A DNA stretch of 40,000 nt, taken from an uncultured Rivularia sp. Its GTDB lineage: Bacteria > Cyanobacteriota > Cyanobacteriia > Cyanobacteriales > Nostocaceae. Of this stretch, positions 1 to 9,792 are shown one piece after another. The stretch lies in NCBI GenBank assembly GCA_963665115.1, contig OY762007.1:7180679-7220678 (forward strand), read 5' to 3'. Below the pieces are notes generated by a model. That model was given only the letters and a program-made list of their open reading frames with translations. It was not told where the DNA came from and did not search any database. Numbering within the stretch: position 1 is the stretch's first letter; every line of letters begins with the position of its first letter. The translations under genes were made by a program, and so were the position numbers.

Positions 1-376
1 AACCTTGATTTTTACCTCTTAAACCAATGACTTCCTCAAGAGTGTCGTAGGGTGCCCCTGCCACTGCCAACATTTCATCGCCGGGACGAAGAACGCCGAA
101 TAATGCACAAGCTATTGCATGAGTTCCGGAAACAAACTGTACCCTTACAGCTGCGCTCTGTGCCCCCATTATTTGAGCAAAAACTTTATCTAAAGTGTCC
201 CTGCCTAAATCATCATGACCGTATCCCGATACGCCTGCAAAATGGTGTGCCCCTACACTATGATGGCGAAAGGCAGTAAGTACTCTTTGGAGATTTTGCT
301 TGACCTTCTGGTCAATTCCAGAAAAAATCGTTAACAGTGCTTGTTCTGCTTTTTGCAGCTGTTCCAAGCTGTTCAT
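1..376 (-). CDS. Methionine gamma-lyase family PLP enzyme (YnbB / 'aluminium resistance' type), N-terminal part; the gene runs off the left edge
   Basis: Absent from the ORF track because it is open to the window edge. Hand translation from ATG (376-374) gives MNSLEQLQKAEQALLTIFSGIDQKVKQNLQRVLTAFRHHSVGAHHFAGVSGYGHDDLGRDTLDKVFAQIMGAQSAAVRVQFVSGTHAIACALFGVLRPGDEMLAVAGAPYDTLEEVIGLRGKNQG. The motifs GYG-DD-GRDTL, SGTHAI, LRPGDE and PYDTLEE match my memory of the YnbB family. Confidence 0.6.
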   Translation of the reverse strand, partial: MNSLEQLQKAEQALLTIFSGIDQKVKQNLQRVLTAFRHHSVGAHHFAGVSGYGHDDLGRDTLDKVFAQIMGAQSAAVRVQFVSGTHAIACALFGVLRPGDEMLAVAGAPYDTLEEVIGLRGKNQG

Positions 377-519
377 TAGTAAAACCGTTCTTAAATAATA
401 ATTATGCGGATTGTGGCGCTATGGGCGCTACGCTTTGCGTGAGATTCACGCAAAAAGCCCTGAAATGGGCATAACGGACGCGCAGATAATGGCTAATCAA
501 TTCTTAAACAGGTTACCGC

Positions 520-1341
520 ATGACACTTGCTTCATCAACAACTAGAGGACCATTAAATTGGTTGCACATTACATTTTTCGTCGGTTTACATTTTGGAATT
601 TTACTTGCCCTATTCCCCGCTTTTTTTAGCTGGAAAGCTGTTGGTGTCGCTTTACTGCTTTACTGGGTGACTGGAGGCTTGGGTATTACTCTAGGATTTC
701 ACCGTCTGATAACTCATCGCAGTTTTGAAACTCCTAAGTGGCTGGAGTATGTCTTAGCATTTTGCGGGACTCTGGCTTGTCAAGGAGGTCCAATTGCATG
801 GGTTGGAATGCATCGCATACACCATTTACATTCCGATCAAGAGTTAGATCCACATGATTCCAATAAAGGTTTTTTTTGGAGTCATTTACGTTGGATGTTT
901 TACCACTCTCCAGCTTTTGATGATGTTCCTCGCTTTACTAAGGACATCAAGGACGATCCATTCTACATATTTTTAGAAAAGTATATGCTACCAATCCAGT
1001 TCGCTCTGGGTGGATTGCTATTACTTTGGGGTGGCTGGTCTTTTGTGGTTTGGGGTGTTTTTGTTCGTCTTATTTTTGTATGGCACTGTACTTGGTTTGT
1101 CAATAGTGCAACTCATAAGTTTGGCTATCAGACATACGATGCAAAAGACCATTCCACAAACTGCTGGTGGGTAGCTTTACTGACCTATGGTGAAGGCTGG
1201 CACAACAATCACCACGCTTTCCAATATTCTGCTCGTCACGGGTTGCAATGGTGGGAAATTGACCTTACCTGGATGACTATCCAAGTATTACAATTCTTAG
1301 GTTTGGCTACCAATGTCAAACTCGCACCAGTGAAGCAGTAA
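520..1341 (+). CDS. desC: Acyl-lipid Delta9 fatty-acid desaturase
   Basis: 273-aa ORF with the three histidine boxes HRLITHR, HRIHHLHSD and HNNHHAF, and the hydrophobic topology typical of membrane Delta9 desaturases. Confidence 0.9.
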   Translation: MTLASSTTRGPLNWLHITFFVGLHFGILLALFPAFFSWKAVGVALLLYWVTGGLGITLGFHRLITHRSFETPKWLEYVLAFCGTLACQGGPIAWVGMHRIHHLHSDQELDPHDSNKGFFWSHLRWMFYHSPAFDDVPRFTKDIKDDPFYIFLEKYMLPIQFALGGLLLLWGGWSFVVWGVFVRLIFVWHCTWFVNSATHKFGYQTYDAKDHSTNCWWVALLTYGEGWHNNHHAFQYSARHGLQWWEIDLTWMTIQVLQFLGLATNVKLAPVKQ

Positions 1342-1390
1342 TAAGGCTTTAATTATGCGGAAAGTTACTTTTCCGCACCAGATTTTGCAA

Positions 1391-1447
1391 GGTTCGTAGT
1401 AAGCGATTTATCGCTTAATCTCAGGAATAAATTCCTTACTACGAACC
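1391..1447. repeat. Dispersed hairpin repeat (GGTTCGTAGTAAG ... CTTACTACGAACC)
   Basis: Perfect 13-nt inverted arms at 1391-1403 and 1435-1447. Degenerate relatives lie at 4112-4166 and 38014-38066. Confidence 0.6.
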
Positions 1448-1733
1448 CGTCAAAGTTAATCAAAGAGATTATTCCGGAACCGTGTTCAAAATCAAAAATT
1501 TAAAATCTTTTGATTGGCTGGGTTTAATTAACATTTATTTACCTCCGCTTAATAATTCTTACTTAAAGGAATAAGCATGGTATAGCTCGTTTTGATCGGA
1601 AAATCGAGCTTTTTCTTGCGGAAGTGGTGTTAATAAATTGATATAATCCTAAACGCGAACGTTACGAAACTTCGCAAAAAGCGACTATGCTAGTTGCTTG
1701 TATGCGGAATTTTTTTATTTATAAAATTCATTC

Positions 1734-2792
1734 ATGACAACATCAGCAGTAAACACACAGAATAATTCACAGCCAAAACCGCCATCTGACTCCCAACTAA
1801 AGCTGACAGACGTGGTAAAAAGCCTTCCTCAAGAGTGTTTTGTACTAGATGCTCGTAAAGCTTGGTTTAGTGTAGTCAGTAATGTTTTAGCCGTTATTCT
1901 TGGCTACTTTTTTTTGGCGATCGCACCTTGGTATCTTTTACCGTTAGCGTGGATATATACAGGTACTGCTGCTACGGGATTTTTTGTCATCGGACATGAT
2001 TGCGCTCATCGTTCATTTGCGAAGCGTCGTTGGGTGAATGATGTAGTAGGGCATTTATTTATGATGCCGTTGATTTACCCTTTCCACGGTTGGCGAATTA
2101 AGCATAACTATCATCATGCTCACACCAATAAGCGGCTGGTAGATAATGCTTGGCAGCCAGTAGGAACTGAAGTTTATGAAAATAGTGGCATAGCTCTTAA
2201 ATGGGCCTTTAAAAGGTTTTTGCACAACCGTTTGTGGTGGATAGGTTCAATCGTACATTGGGCGCTGCATCATTTTAATTGGAATCAATTTCGTAAGCAA
2301 GACCAAGCAGAAGTTAAACTTTCTGTGGCTGTAGTCGCTCTGTTCGCAGCTATATGCTTTCCTACCCTAATTGCAACAACTGGTATCTGGGGATTTATTA
2401 AATTCTGGTTTATCCCTTGGATGGTGTACCATTTTTGGATGAGTACTTTTACTTATATTCACCATACCGCTCCAGATATCGCTTTTGTACCGGCAGATAA
2501 ATGGGATGCACTAACAGCCCAGCTATCCGGTACGGTTCACTGCAATTACCCTCGTTGGGTAGAATTCCTGTGTCACGATATCAACGTACACGTGCCTCAT
2601 CACATTTCCACAGCAATTCCTTCTTATAACCTGCGTCTAGCTCATAGCAGCTTACAAGAGAATTGGGGAAGCTATTTACATGAAGAATGTACGTTCTCTG
2701 TATCTTTGCTGAAGTACATAACTGATAGATGTCACTTATATACTCCAGAGAATGAATATATTTCCTTCAAGGATTATCACGCACAGCAATAA
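1734..2792 (+). CDS. desA: Acyl-lipid Delta12 fatty-acid desaturase
   Basis: 352-aa ORF with His boxes HDCAHRS, HNYHHAHTN and HVPHHIS. It sits between desC and desB, as in the known cyanobacterial desC-desA-desB arrangement. Confidence 0.85.
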   Translation: MTTSAVNTQNNSQPKPPSDSQLKLTDVVKSLPQECFVLDARKAWFSVVSNVLAVILGYFFLAIAPWYLLPLAWIYTGTAATGFFVIGHDCAHRSFAKRRWVNDVVGHLFMMPLIYPFHGWRIKHNYHHAHTNKRLVDNAWQPVGTEVYENSGIALKWAFKRFLHNRLWWIGSIVHWALHHFNWNQFRKQDQAEVKLSVAVVALFAAICFPTLIATTGIWGFIKFWFIPWMVYHFWMSTFTYIHHTAPDIAFVPADKWDALTAQLSGTVHCNYPRWVEFLCHDINVHVPHHISTAIPSYNLRLAHSSLQENWGSYLHEECTFSVSLLKYITDRCHLYTPENEYISFKDYHAQQ

Positions 2793-2823
2793 TGAGTTCT
2801 GATTTTTTGAAGGACTTACATCT

Positions 2824-2858
2824 TTAACCCCCAAAAATGTATATTAATTGGGGGTTAA
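2824..2858 (+). terminator. Hairpin downstream of desA (TTAACCCCC / GGGGGTTAA)
   Basis: 9-bp perfect stem at 2824-2832 and 2850-2858, about 30 nt after the desA stop. No T-run follows, so it is weak as an intrinsic terminator. Confidence 0.3.
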
Positions 2859-3023
2859 CAATAAATAAGAATACAGTCATGAAATTGAAGGTAAGAGACT
2901 ATTTTTTTTAGCGCATGACTAATTTTTGTAATGCCTAATTTTTAAAGTTCAGTCTTTTATACAAATTGATTTTACTGACTTTAATTTGCTCAAAGTTCAC
3001 TTTATATCCGGTAACTTAGCTCA

Positions 3024-4093
3024 GTGACATCTTCTACAATTAATACAGGCAATATTCCTCAAGATGCATCATCAGAGGAAATAACCAAACTTCCCTTTAC
3101 TCTGGGGGATGTAAAAGCAGCAATTCCAGCAGAATGCTTTCAGCCTCAAGTGTGGAAATCTCTGTTTTTCTTCTTCCAAGACATACTAATAATTGCTGGA
3201 CTTTATGCTTTAGCCCATTACTTAGACTCCTGGTTATTTTTTCCCATTTTCTGGGTAATGCAAGGAACGATGTTCTGGGCTTTATTTGTAGTAGGGCATG
3301 ATTGTGGACATCAATCATTTTCTCGTCACAAATGGTTGAACGATTTGATTGGACATTTATCTCATACACCGATACTTGTTCCCTATCATGGATGGCGGAT
3401 TAGTCACCGAACTCACCACAAAAATACTGGTAGTCTGGAAAATGATGAAAGTTGGTATCCGATATCGGAATCAGCTTACAACGAAATGGATATAGTTGAA
3501 AAAATCGGCAGACACTATCTGTTTTTACTGGCTTATCCGGTATATTTATTTAAACGCTCCCCAGGAAAAACAGGCTCTCATTTTTCACCCAGCAGTCCCC
3601 CTTATTCAAACCCTCGGAAAAATGGGATGTGATTACCAGCACCGTACTTTGGAGCGCAATGGTTGGTTTGCTGGCTTTCCTAACCTATCAATGGGGTTTC
3701 ATGTGGTTTCTTAAGTACTACGCTGCTCCATACATTGTATTTGTAATTTGGTTAGATTTGGTAACATTTTTACATCACACCGAGCCAGATATTCCTTGGT
3801 ATCGCGATGGAGAATGGACTTTTCTTAAAGGTGCGCTTTCCAGTGTCGATCGCGATTATGGTTTTATCAATCATATTCACCACGATATCGGAACTCATGT
3901 TGCTCACCACATTTTCTTAAATATCCCTCATTACAATTTGAAGAAAGCAACTGAAGCAATTAAGCCTGTTGTAGGAGAGTATTATCACAAAACTGACGAG
4001 CCAGTTTTAATTTCTCTTTGGAATTCTTTTAGAAAATGCCACTTCGTTCCAAATGAAGGCAAAAAGGTTTATTACACGTATCACTCGAAATAG
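3024..4093 (+). pseudogene. desB: Omega-3 (Delta15) acyl-lipid desaturase, frame-disrupted as given (probable sequencing indel)
   Basis: ORFs 3024-3632 and 3629-4093 together give one desaturase with HDCGHQSF, HRTHHKNTG and HVAHHIF. The frame changes in the C5 run at 3597-3601. Reading agc agt ccc, skipping cc, then tta ttc aaa ccc tcg gaa aaa tgg gat restores SSPLFKPSEKWDVITST. Confidence 0.85.
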
Positions 4094-4111
4094 GTGTAGC
4101 TGTGTAACAAA

Positions 4112-4166
4112 GGTTCGTAGTAAAGGCTTAAGCCTTCAATCAAAGGACTGAAGTTGTTACTGCAAA
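4112..4166. repeat. Degenerate copy of the GTTCGTAGTAA hairpin repeat
   Basis: gttcgtagtaaaggcttaagcc ... ttactgcaaac, with imperfect arms related to 1391-1447. Confidence 0.4.
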
Positions 4167-4180
4167 CTATTATCAATCAA

Positions 4181-4360
4181 TTGGTGCGTGACGGCAAAAC
4201 TTATTTACAGCCCTTTGCAGCTAAATGAGGTACAAAGCTATATTCCGAAAGTCTTGTGGGATGGGCATCCCTGCCCGTCAGAATGTACTTCACCAAAACT
4301 AAATATGCTGTATCTCGTAATCTTTCGATAATTTATCGTAGCCGTCACACACCCTACAAT
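4181..4360. repeat. MITE-like element with TGGTGCGTGACGGC ... GCCGTCACACACCCTACAA termini
   Basis: Inverted termini at 4184-4195 and 4341-4352. The same termini recur at 20697-20874 and 33251-33321. Confidence 0.5.
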
Positions 4361-4381
4361 TTGGAAATTTACGATAATAAA

Positions 4382-4410
4382 AAACCCGGTTTTTCCAAAA
4401 AACCGGGTTT
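4382..4410. terminator. Bidirectional hairpin between convergent desB and desD
   Basis: 13-bp perfect stem aaacccggttttt / aaaaaccgggttt with a 3-nt loop, A-run on one side and T-run on the other. The identical 32-nt element occurs inverted at 28522-28554. Confidence 0.6.
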
Positions 4411-4450
4411 CTGTATATGTTAAATCTTTGTCGAATCTTACGGTTGAAGT

Positions 4451-5569
4451 TTAGGAAACTTGGGCTGTAACTGTATTTATTTCCGGAGGATTGCCCATGA
4501 TTCTTAACCAACGATAGTTAGCGGCAATTGCTTTTGTAAAAGTTGGGTATACGTTGTACTGCACATTGTATTCTTCACAGACTTGCGCTAATATCGGAGC
4601 AATTTCTGGATAATGTATGTGACAAACATGAGGGAATAAATGGTGGACGGTTTGATAATTAAGCCCGCCCAGATACCAGTTTAAAAATTTGTTTTCTGGA
4701 GCAAAGTCAACTGTTGTTTTTACTTGAGCAATTGCCCATTCATCATCAACTGTATTATCTGGTAAACTTGGTTCGAGAAACTCTGCTGGTTCTAACACGT
4801 GAGCAAGCATAAAAACATTGCAAATTATTATGCCATAAACCATATTTACGATACATAATCCGATAATTACTTCAATAGGACTGTATCCCAAAGCTAATGG
4901 TATACCTGCGTAAAGTCCCAACCAAACAAATTTTGCACCTATTAAAGTCAATAATTCTAAGGTATTTGGTTTTGGGATATTATATTCGTAATATTTGCCT
5001 TTAAATAAAATAAGCTTGACATCAGAAAAAGACCAATAAAATGGAATTATTGCATATACAAAGTTAATCAATAAATGCTGAAATTTATGATATGACTTAT
5101 GCTCTCTTGCCGGAGACATTCTGACTAAACCACTACCATCAATTTCTACATCATGACCTAATATATTCGTATAGGTATGATGCAAATAATTATGACGAAA
5201 TTTCCATAGATAGCTGGAAAGACCTATGACAAAATCATAAGTTAAACCAATAGTATTATTAACCCATTTTTTCTTAGAATAACCGCCGTGGTTGGCATCG
5301 TGCCCTACACTAAAGCCTACACCAGCAAAACCCATTCCCAGCATGATACAGCCAAGTATTTTCATCCACATTACTGGGGGAGAAAAAAGAATAAATATCC
5401 AGGAAAAAAATACCCATCCTAAGATAATTGCACTTTTGAAGTACATGGCAGGATTATCTCTGGGAGTAAGATTTTCAGACTTAAAATAAGCGTCAACTCG
5501 TTTATTTAATTCTTTTCTAAAGCCAATATTTTTGGCAAAAGTTACTCTGGGAGCTTGAGTTTGGATCAT
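4451..5569 (-). CDS. desD: Acyl-lipid Delta6 fatty-acid desaturase
   Basis: 372-aa ORF with HDANHGGYS, HNYLHHTYTNILGHDVEI and QTVHHLFP. It is collinear with my memory of Synechocystis DesD over its full length. Confidence 0.85.
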   Translation of the reverse strand: MIQTQAPRVTFAKNIGFRKELNKRVDAYFKSENLTPRDNPAMYFKSAIILGWVFFSWIFILFSPPVMWMKILGCIMLGMGFAGVGFSVGHDANHGGYSKKKWVNNTIGLTYDFVIGLSSYLWKFRHNYLHHTYTNILGHDVEIDGSGLVRMSPAREHKSYHKFQHLLINFVYAIIPFYWSFSDVKLILFKGKYYEYNIPKPNTLELLTLIGAKFVWLGLYAGIPLALGYSPIEVIIGLCIVNMVYGIIICNVFMLAHVLEPAEFLEPSLPDNTVDDEWAIAQVKTTVDFAPENKFLNWYLGGLNYQTVHHLFPHVCHIHYPEIAPILAQVCEEYNVQYNVYPTFTKAIAANYRWLRIMGNPPEINTVTAQVS

Positions 5570-5947
5570 AAAGAATATTTTCTCGCTTAAATTGGAAATT
5601 GATTTACAGCAAATTTCATATTTTTAAATTAAATTACATCTTGACGCGCAAGCATACCCCTGCTAGAAGAAGTTATTTTATTTAGAATTTGAAAATTGCT
5701 TTAAGCACATCTTACACATCTTACACTCTCAACTTAAAAAGTCCTAAAAATCAGTTTTTTTAACCAATCATTAAACTAATTCGATTAGCATTTTTGTTTC
5801 TTCCGTACTTTTTTCATTAACATAAAGGCAAAATCGATAAGTCTTACCTCGCTATTCAAGAAAAAATACACCCGATTTATTTGAGAATTCTCAAGGTGTA
5901 ACGTTAAACTATTATATTTATCAAAAGTGTCTAAACTATCTGCCCGC

Positions 5948-7231
5948 TCAAATTCTTCCATTTCCTTGAACAATATGTTTAAGGGTGGTCAAACTTTCCA
6001 AACCAATCAATCCCCTACGATGTCCTTTTTGATTGGACATTCCTAAAAATACGGCATCTCCCCATAATGGATTTCGGCTGAAACGCGGGGAAGCATTTAT
6101 GTATGTAGAAGCGCTATTTACGCCTAAAGCAAATTGTCTGCTTTCTTGATAAGATTCAGTCACAATACAGTCGGCGTGTCCGCTACTATATCGATTAATC
6201 CAATTAATTGCTGAATCTAAATTTTCTACAAGCTTGAATGCAACTGTCTTAGTGAAATAAGCATTTCCCCATTCACTATCTTTGACTGGTTGCAATTGAG
6301 GAAATGATTCTCTTAACTCGTCATCTCCCCTCAATAAAAAACCTTTTTCCTGCAAACTTTTTAACAAAGTACCGAATGAAGAAGATAAAGTTTGCCGGTT
6401 AATTAATACTTTTTCAATCGCATTTACAGGATCTGGAGAACTTGCATGGCTCTCATTAATCATCCAGCGCACCATATCCACCAAATTACCATTTGGCGAC
6501 CAGTATAGATAGCAATTACCCATAGCCGATTTTAAGACTGGTGCTGTAGATTGACGTACTACCCGATGAATTAGACTGTTACGTCCGTAGGGAATCACTA
6601 AATTCAAATAATGCTCTTGACTAACTAATTCCTGGATTAACGTACCATGCTCTGCCGTAACCAACTCTATTGAGCCTACAGGTAATCTTGCTTCGGCAAC
6701 AGCCATTTGGAGTACTTCAGCAATGGCTGCATTAGAATGACTTGCTTCCGTGCTTCCTTTGAGAATAATGCTGTTGCCAGTCTTGATACACAAACCTGCG
6801 GCAATAGCTCCTAACTCAGGGAATGCTTCATAAATAAATGCTATTACCCCCAGAGGTGTTGATTGAGAATAACTTTGTTCTTCACCAAGCTGGTAATCAG
6901 CAGTTCTCATTCGCCCCAGTGGATCTGATAACTCCTCCAACCGTTGCAGAATTTTTACCGTCGAATCCAAACGTTCTGGAGTTAACTTTAGCCAATCCAA
7001 GACTAAATCTGGTACCGCCATTTCCCGGCAAGCTTCCAGATCCAAAGTATTAGCTTCTAAAATATCGTCAAACGAGCGTCCTAACGCTTCAGCCATAGCC
7101 ATTAAAGCGCGACTGCGCTGCGCTCCTTTAGTGATGCCCAATTTAAGAGCAGCACCATGCGCGCGCTTAGCTATACGTAAAGCGTCGCCTTCTATCGCAA
7201 TCGGTTGGGAATTTTCAGCAAAAGCATCCAC
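5948..7231 (-). CDS. proA: Gamma-glutamyl phosphate reductase
   Basis: 427-aa ORF with typical ProA length and aldehyde-dehydrogenase-fold motifs (..GNCYLYW.., ..ASTYINASPRFS..). Confidence 0.9.
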   Translation of the reverse strand: MDAFAENSQPIAIEGDALRIAKRAHGAALKLGITKGAQRSRALMAMAEALGRSFDDILEANTLDLEACREMAVPDLVLDWLKLTPERLDSTVKILQRLEELSDPLGRMRTADYQLGEEQSYSQSTPLGVIAFIYEAFPELGAIAAGLCIKTGNSIILKGSTEASHSNAAIAEVLQMAVAEARLPVGSIELVTAEHGTLIQELVSQEHYLNLVIPYGRNSLIHRVVRQSTAPVLKSAMGNCYLYWSPNGNLVDMVRWMINESHASSPDPVNAIEKVLINRQTLSSSFGTLLKSLQEKGFLLRGDDELRESFPQLQPVKDSEWGNAYFTKTVAFKLVENLDSAINWINRYSSGHADCIVTESYQESRQFALGVNSASTYINASPRFSRNPLWGDAVFLGMSNQKGHRRGLIGLESLTTLKHIVQGNGRI

Positions 7232-7247
7232 AGTAATAATCAGCGCC

Positions 7248-7656
7248 TTAACGTCTGTAAGTCAGCCAAACCATAAGTGCAGGCAAAATAGCCAATAACA
7301 CTGCTACCAGTGCCCAAGTTATAATGCCAGGTCCACTGGCTAAACGCAATGCTAACGGTAGCCATATAATCACTAGCACGAAAATAATACCTAGTGCTAC
7401 TGGTAAATAACTTTCTCCCAGACGTGGATGAACAACTTTCCATCCAGAAACCCGTCCAGCGCCAAGCTCGTTTGTAGGGATAAGTAGTAGAAAGCTGCTC
7501 CAAAACGCGAGCATTTTCCTCTACCACGAATATCTGCTGACAGCGATCGCAACCGAAGGCTTCTGTCAGGGTAATCGGAATTAAGCGTCCCCGACGGCGA
7601 CAGGGACAGGGGTATTCGTTGTTGAAATCGATTTTTTCGGGCTTTTGTGGTTGCAC
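7248..7656 (-). pseudogene. Conserved cyanobacterial Zn-ribbon (CPC...CDRC) protein with C-terminal 2-TM tail, frame-disrupted as given
   Basis: The N-terminus comes from ORF 7240-7656 (…YPCPCRRRGRLIPITLTEAFGCDRCQQIFVVEE…AWRWTG). The C-terminus is in the other frame (ORF 7248-7514: …WKVVHPRLGESYLPVALGIIFVLVIIWLPLALR…LPALMVWLTYRR). One extra base within the ggg/ttt run (plus 7448-7453) joins them. Confidence 0.6.
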
Positions 7657-8017
7657 TATACGGCTCTTTTTACAAGATCGCAGTTTACTAATAGGAATAT
7701 TTTAATATTCCCTTTAATTTACTATTCAGAGAAAAATGTTTGATACCGCAATTCTCTCTTCATAAATAATTTAAAATAAGCGAGCAGTTTACCCACTAAA
7801 ATTTCTTTATATCATTAACCGTTAAAAGTATTACTCTTTCTATATACATATTTTGCATTACACAACAATAATTATTTAACTCTCGATCGTATAAACCATA
7901 TTTAACAAACAAAGCCCTATGCTTTTATCATCATCCAGTGTAGTCCATCCCACTGAAAACAGAACGTTTATTTTTAATAAATGTAAATTTTCAAAACATA
8001 TTGATAAACAAACTAAA

Positions 8018-8048
8018 AGATGCAGAAAAATTTTGTTTTTCTGCATCT
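8018..8048. terminator. Bidirectional rho-independent terminator downstream of tRNA-Gly
   Basis: agatgcagaaaaa ttttg tttttctgcatct, a 13-bp stem flanked by an A-run and a T-run. Confidence 0.6.
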
Positions 8049-8069
8049 TTTAAATCATTATTTCTTAAA

Positions 8070-8140
8070 GCGGGTGACGCGATTCGAACGCGCGACATTC
8101 ACCTTGGCAAGGTGACGCTCTACCACTGAGCTACACCCGC
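8070..8140 (-). tRNA. trnG: tRNA-Gly (anticodon GCC), CCA not encoded
   Basis: The reverse complement gcgggtg ta gctc agtggta gagc g tcacc ttGCCaa ggtga atgtc gcgcg ttcgaat cgcgt cacccgc folds as a canonical cloverleaf with a GTTCGAAT T-loop. Confidence 0.9.
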
Positions 8141-8204
8141 ATTTAATTGCTAAATAACAATATCTCATATGCATTCATATTTGTCAACACATTTTTTTAG
8201 AAGA

Positions 8205-8395
8205 TGGGAATTGGGCATGGGGTATGGGGTATGGGGTATGGGGTATGGGTAGAGGGGGTAGAGGGGGTAGAAAAATTATTAATTTACTACTCGCTACTTG
8301 CTACTTCTAACTCATAACTTCTCACCGAACACTTTTCCAATCTAAAATCCCTGCATCCTATGCCCAATCCCCAATTACCAATTACCAATTCCCAT
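8205..8395. repeat. Heptamer tandem-repeat (STRR-like) block forming a large imperfect palindrome
   Basis: Left half: gggaattgggcat(ggggtat)x4 then gtagaggggg x2. Right half: cccaatccccaattaccaattaccaattccc, whose reverse complement begins gggaattgg like the left end. Confidence 0.6.
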
Positions 8396-8410
8396 TCTTA
8401 AGCTTTCTCT

Positions 8411-8977
8411 TCAGATTGAGTTGGTAAGTTGTTTAAAGTTGCGCTTTTGAGAGAACCTGCCAAGGCTCCAGAGTTGGATGAATATTGCTGTTGCATACTG
8501 GGGACGCAGTTGACGCATCAAACTAGCCATTTCTAAGGCATTCATTGCGTAATCCCAACCGTGATTGCTTTTGATTCCTGCTCTTTCTAAGGCTTGCTGC
8601 ATGGTGTCGGCTGTTAAAACACCGAATATAACTGGTACCCCTGTCTGAAAAGCTGCTGCGGCAATTCCTTTGGCAACTTCTGCGGATACATAGTCAAAGT
8701 GAGGTGTTTGTCCTTTAATTACTGCACCCAAGCAAATTATCGCGTCGTAACTACCCGAAAGTGCTAACTGTCGCGCTACCAAAGGTACTTCAAAGCTTCC
8801 AGGCACCCAAACATAATCAACTTGAGAGCCGTGGGGATTAGTATCAATACCGTGACGCTTTAAACAATCTTGACATCCTTCCACCAGCTTGGTGGTTACT
8901 AGATCGTTAAATCTACCAATTACTAATGCAAAACGTAGGGGTTCTGTTTGAGCAAACGTTCCCTCGAAAATTGCCAT
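8411..8977 (-). CDS. ribH: 6,7-dimethyl-8-ribityllumazine synthase
   Basis: 188-aa ORF containing …[14 protein letters not shown]…[10 protein letters not shown]…[17 protein letters not shown]…, the classic RibH core. Confidence 0.9.
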   Translation of the reverse strand: MAIFEGTFAQTEPLRFALVIGRFNDLVTTKLVEGCQDCLKRHGIDTNPHGSQVDYVWVPGSFEVPLVARQLALSGSYDAIICLGAVIKGQTPHFDYVSAEVAKGIAAAAFQTGVPVIFGVLTADTMQQALERAGIKSNHGWDYAMNALEMASLMRQLRPQYATAIFIQLWSLGRFSQKRNFKQLTNSI

Positions 8978-8998
8978 AATTACCTCTTTATATATAAT

Positions 8999-9098
8999 CA
9001 GTTATCAGTTATCAGTGACCAGTTAACAGCGAGCAGTCAACAGTGACCAGTATTTACCTTTCATGATAGGTTTGTCAGTTAACAGCAAACAGTAGTTA
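8999..9098. repeat. Heptamer tandem repeats (CAGTTAT / CAGTGAC / CAGTTAA type)
   Basis: cagttatcagttatcagtgaccagttaacagcgagcagtcaacagtgaccag, then cagttaacagcaaacagtag. Confidence 0.6.
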
Positions 9099-9322
9099 AA
9101 ATAATAAGAACAGATTTGGATTTCTGACGCAGAATAAAAGCTCTTGTTCTGATTCTCGTTACTAATAAACTTTATTAATATAATTTAATAAGGTAAAAGG
9201 TAATACACTAACTTTTTAATTACTGGTAACTGCTCGCTGAAAAAGAGCAGAAGATTAGCCACTTTATAAGCGGTATTCCTCTGCTCCTATAAAATTTGTC
9301 GGCTGATGGTGAAAGCGGTGGC

Positions 9323-9511
9323 TTAAACTACGAAAAAGTTTAAAATTCCAACTACGACTACCAAAGCAAACCAAGCCGCAGAACCAATCCAGAGGAATCT
9401 CTTGGATTCAACCCAGGTTTGAGGAGTTGCATAAGCAACGGGTACGCCAACTACCATGACGAAAGATAAAGCAACTAAAGCTATTAAAGCAATTTGGAAT
9501 AGGATGGTCAT
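9323..9511 (-). CDS. psbZ: Photosystem II protein Z
   Basis: 62-aa two-helix protein [33 protein letters not shown]…, with PsbZ/Ycf9 length and sequence. Confidence 0.9.
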   Translation of the reverse strand: MTILFQIALIALVALSFVMVVGVPVAYATPQTWVESKRFLWIGSAAWFALVVVVGILNFFVV

Positions 9512-9639
9512 TTTTCTTTTCTCTTAGACGGAAAGTTCTAAAATTCTATATTCACTACAACCAATGTACATTATTGGTGTTAGATTCCAGACACTCTACT
9601 AGTTTAGATTTTTTGCGCTACTTGCTGCAAGGGGATGAG

Positions 9640-9760
9640 AAGGATTTTAATTTAGAATACGTGGCGGTTGAAACCGCGCGCCATTTGCTACAACGGAGGG
9701 AACCTCCGCAACGCAATGGCTTGTCTACACAAGCGAAACCCACCTTTGTAGGTTGTGGAA
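9640..9760. repeat. Fragments of dispersed GC-rich repeats
   Basis: ggcggttgaaaccgc recurs at 19890-19905. ctacacaagcgaaacccacct recurs in reverse at 33157-33190, and a relative lies at 10880-10900. Confidence 0.4.
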
Positions 9761-9792
9761 GCTTTTAGGTAATGTGAAAAAATTGCACTCAT

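Noticed and set aside
52-279. Track ORF, 75 aa, plus strand
   Set aside because: It lies antisense to the well-supported YnbB-type gene, whose reverse-strand translation is strongly conserved. It is a shadow ORF.
3097-3714. Track ORFs 3097-3369 (-) and 3496-3714 (+) inside desB
   Set aside because: These are antisense or out-of-frame shadows of the desaturase gene, with low-complexity, unconserved-looking translations.
4299-4511. Track ORF, 70 aa, minus strand
   Set aside because: It spans the MITE-like repeat and the terminator hairpin and runs into the 3' end of desD. It is not a plausible gene.
5292-7053. Track ORFs 5292-5489 (+), 5785-5973 (-) and 6838-7053 (+)
   Set aside because: Two are antisense shadows within desD and proA. 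The third, 5785-5973, overlaps the proA 3' end, is AT-rich and has no recognisable features.
8205-8395. Possible regulatory G-quadruplex or promoter element in the GGGGTAT / GTAGAGGGGG repeats
   Set aside because: The same heptamer blocks occur elsewhere, including inside a CDS. Generic STRR-type repeats are the simpler reading.
9574-9768. Track ORF, 64 aa, plus strand
   Set aside because: It is composed of dispersed GC-rich repeat fragments (ggcggttgaaaccgc; ctacacaagcgaaacccacc) that recur elsewhere in the window.
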